Source: Macrostomum lignano
Taxonomy: Eukaryota
Assembly (NCBI GenBank): GCA_002269645.1
Contig: NIVC01000232.1
Span: 381,684 to 445,683, forward strand
Direction of reading: 5' to 3'
DNA: 64,000 nucleotides
The translations under genes and the position numbers were made by a program. Below, piece by piece: positions 61,974 to 64,000 of the stretch. How positions within the stretch are numbered: the first letter of the stretch is position 1; each line of letters begins with the position of its first letter. The notes under the pieces were generated by a model. That model made no database searches. It was not told the DNA's origin and saw only the letters and a list, made by a program, of their open reading frames with translations.

Positions 61974-62427
61974 CACAGATACTAAAATAACTAGATGGGC
62001 CACTCAGGCATATATACTTAGTAAAACAGCTTTCTACTTTCAGTTCAGTAGCAAGGAAGTATACATAAGTTATTTTATAAAAATAAAGGCAGCTGAAATG
62101 ACTTTGATAAGTTTAGAAGCCCAAGCTTGCAGGCGTAAACAGCTTGCTAATTGGTTCGGAAGTAATGTACATTAGCCAGTCCACTGAAATGTACATGGCC
62201 GCTTTAGGCTGGAATCCCAAGAAAGGCAATAAAAATTAGGGTGGGCGGGGCGAGGGGGTAGTGTGGAAAGGCGCGATTGGAGGTTTAAGTGGGGGAGGGG
62301 GTAAGAGCAATAAATGAGCCTCGCTTTAAAAATACATTAAAATGCTTCTGTTTAACTTGCTACTGAACTGAAAGTAGCTTACACGCAAATGTGCTGAGTG
62401 GCCCATCTGGTTATTCTAGTATCTGTG
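61974..62427. mobile_element. Same MITE family, copy B (454 bp, opposite orientation to copy A)
   Basis: TIRs CACAGATACT...ATCTGTG; 8-bp TSD GTCTTTAC (61966-61973 / 62428-62435). Confidence 0.87.
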
Positions 62428-62594
62428 GTCTTTACTTGCAATTGCTCTCCTCATTCTGTTAGCCTATTCGCATTTCGCATGCTTGTTATTGAAGTTAGAA
62501 TCTGCATTGAGGACAAAAAAGTCGTAGAACAGCGGCTCCTGCAACAGCTGTGGGCAGCATGGCGACTCGGCGCGGATGATGTGACCTGTCAGCC

Positions 62595-62984
62595 TGTAAC
62601 ATCGCAACACCAACCATGCAGCGCTTGTTCAGTTGTTGCTGGGAGGTAAACATAGATTAAGTGTGTGTTGTTGGACATCCTGCAGTTAAACCTGCACTAC
62701 TCACTGCACCGCGACCTCGACCAACCTGGTGCAGGTGGCGGACTTCGAAAATGCCTGGCATTATCCTGCTTAGGGAGCCCTCGACGAAGGTAAGATCCTA
62801 GCTGATAAATTCTTCGTGGTTTTTGACTGGTTACAGTGTCCATCAACGAAGGCAAGTCAACGATGTACATAGAGAGAGCAAACGTACATTAAAAGCGATA
62901 CAATTACTCAGCAAAATATTTGTCCTATAGTTCGATGATACCAGTTCAATAACTGCCAATAAGGCAAGGAATAAAACCATTACA
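62595..62984 (-). repeat. Probable 3' LTR (390 bp)
   Basis: Starts TGTAAT immediately after the PPT and ends GTTACA (inverted TGTAA/TTACA termini). The partner LTR is outside the window, so the end is inferred. Confidence 0.65.
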
Positions 62985-64000
62985 TTTCTCTCCCCGCAAA
63001 ACAAGTAGAAAAAACCGGAGAGGATTTTAAAAAATTGAAACGCAGAACCTTTTAAAAAGCATGCATTCACGTTCTCTGACAGTCCAGCCCGGCTCCCAGT
63101 AAGGGTGCCAGCTTCGTGCGCCGCATCTCGATGCTGAGCAGCACCTCGGCGCCTTGCAGGAACTGCGGCAGGTCCGCCACATTCGCGGATCCGGGCCAGC
63201 CGCCGCTCCAGCAGTGCTAAGTAGGTGCCGATGTCGAACTGCCGCTCGTTGCTCTGGAACTGCGGCGGGAGCTGCGGGTCGCGGCCCGTCATCACCGTCA
63301 GCGGCGCCACTTTGGTTGAGCTGTGGACCCTGGAGTTTTAGGACAGGACCACCAGCGGCAGCTGCTCCTCCCAGCTGGACTCGGTCTCGGCGAACAGCCG
63401 CGGCAGCTGACGGCAGCTACCAGGCCTTCCGACACGTAGAACGGATGCCGCCGCTCGTTGCCGCCCGCCGTTACCGCCAGGCTGGCCACCTGCTGCACCG
63501 GCACCGCCTGCTGATTGACTGCCCGCAGCTCCAGGTGCACGCTCTCCAGCTGAACTGACTGCATGCTCTGCAGGAACCGCTTGTCCCCGATTGACACCTG
63601 GCTGCCAGAGTCGATCAGCGCCGTGACGTCCGCACCTCCGATCCTGCACTGCAGCTTGGATGTTGACGGGTTCGGCTTGATGACGACAGCTGCTGCGCTG
63701 CTGCTGGATGCGCCTGCCCGCCCCTCTCTGCGCCCCGGAACAGTCCGCTCACGCTGGGGCCGCGCTCAGAACTGGCCAGGGTGTCGTTTCCCGACGGCTG
63801 CTTGCAGTTCCTGGCGATGCGGCCGCGGTGGTTGCAGTTCCAGCAGGTCTCCTCGCACTGCGAACCGCGCAGGAGTCCGAAGCCTCCGAGCCCAGCTTCG
63901 CCGCCAGGTCTTGGACCGTCGCCTGCAGCGAGCTGACCGCAGCCCTCAGTTCTGCAGTCTCGGCGCTGCCGCCGCGAGAGGCTGCCGGCTTCCATCCGTG
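62595..64000 (-). mobile_element. Decayed, internally deleted Ty3/gypsy-like LTR retrotransposon (gag C-terminus, protease, integrase C-terminus, PPT, 3' LTR); continues off the right edge
   Basis: Zinc-knuckle remnant CWNCNHRGRIARNC; aspartic protease VTALIDSGSQVS (about 63595-63625); integrase tail SWEEQLPLVVLS*NSRVHSSTKVAPLTVMTGRDPQLP; polypurine tract GCGGGGAGAGAAA (62985-62997) abutting TGTAA. Confidence 0.85.

Overview
Eukaryotic (animal) genomic DNA. GC-rich exons with poly-Q/poly-A tracts sit among minisatellite-packed introns, a style reminiscent of the flatworm Macrostomum (inference only). Spliced genes reconstructed by hand from ORFs and GT-AG sites: TBC1D30-like Rab-GAP (minus, 14514 to beyond the left edge, with a candidate alternative first exon), an effector-type caspase (minus, 16378-18986), two near-identical tandem copies of an SLC35A nucleotide-sugar transporter inside an 11,076-bp direct duplication (22788-33863 / 33864-44940), and a voltage-gated Ca2+ channel beta subunit (plus, 48707-60629, start exon not found). 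Mobile elements: a 5'-truncated RT+RNase H non-LTR retrotransposon (3378-5688) inserted in an intronic minisatellite with an exact 127-bp target-site duplication; three copies of a hAT-like MITE (8-bp TSDs); a tRNA-derived SINE-like head whose 5' end is amplified into a minisatellite; and an internally deleted Ty3/gypsy element with its 3' LTR. Most notable: the 127-bp TSD; all 13 distinct coding-region introns carry a minisatellite array; two mutually complementary arrays lie in inverted orientation in one CACNB intron; and the caspase has Lys at a conserved S1-pocket Arg position.
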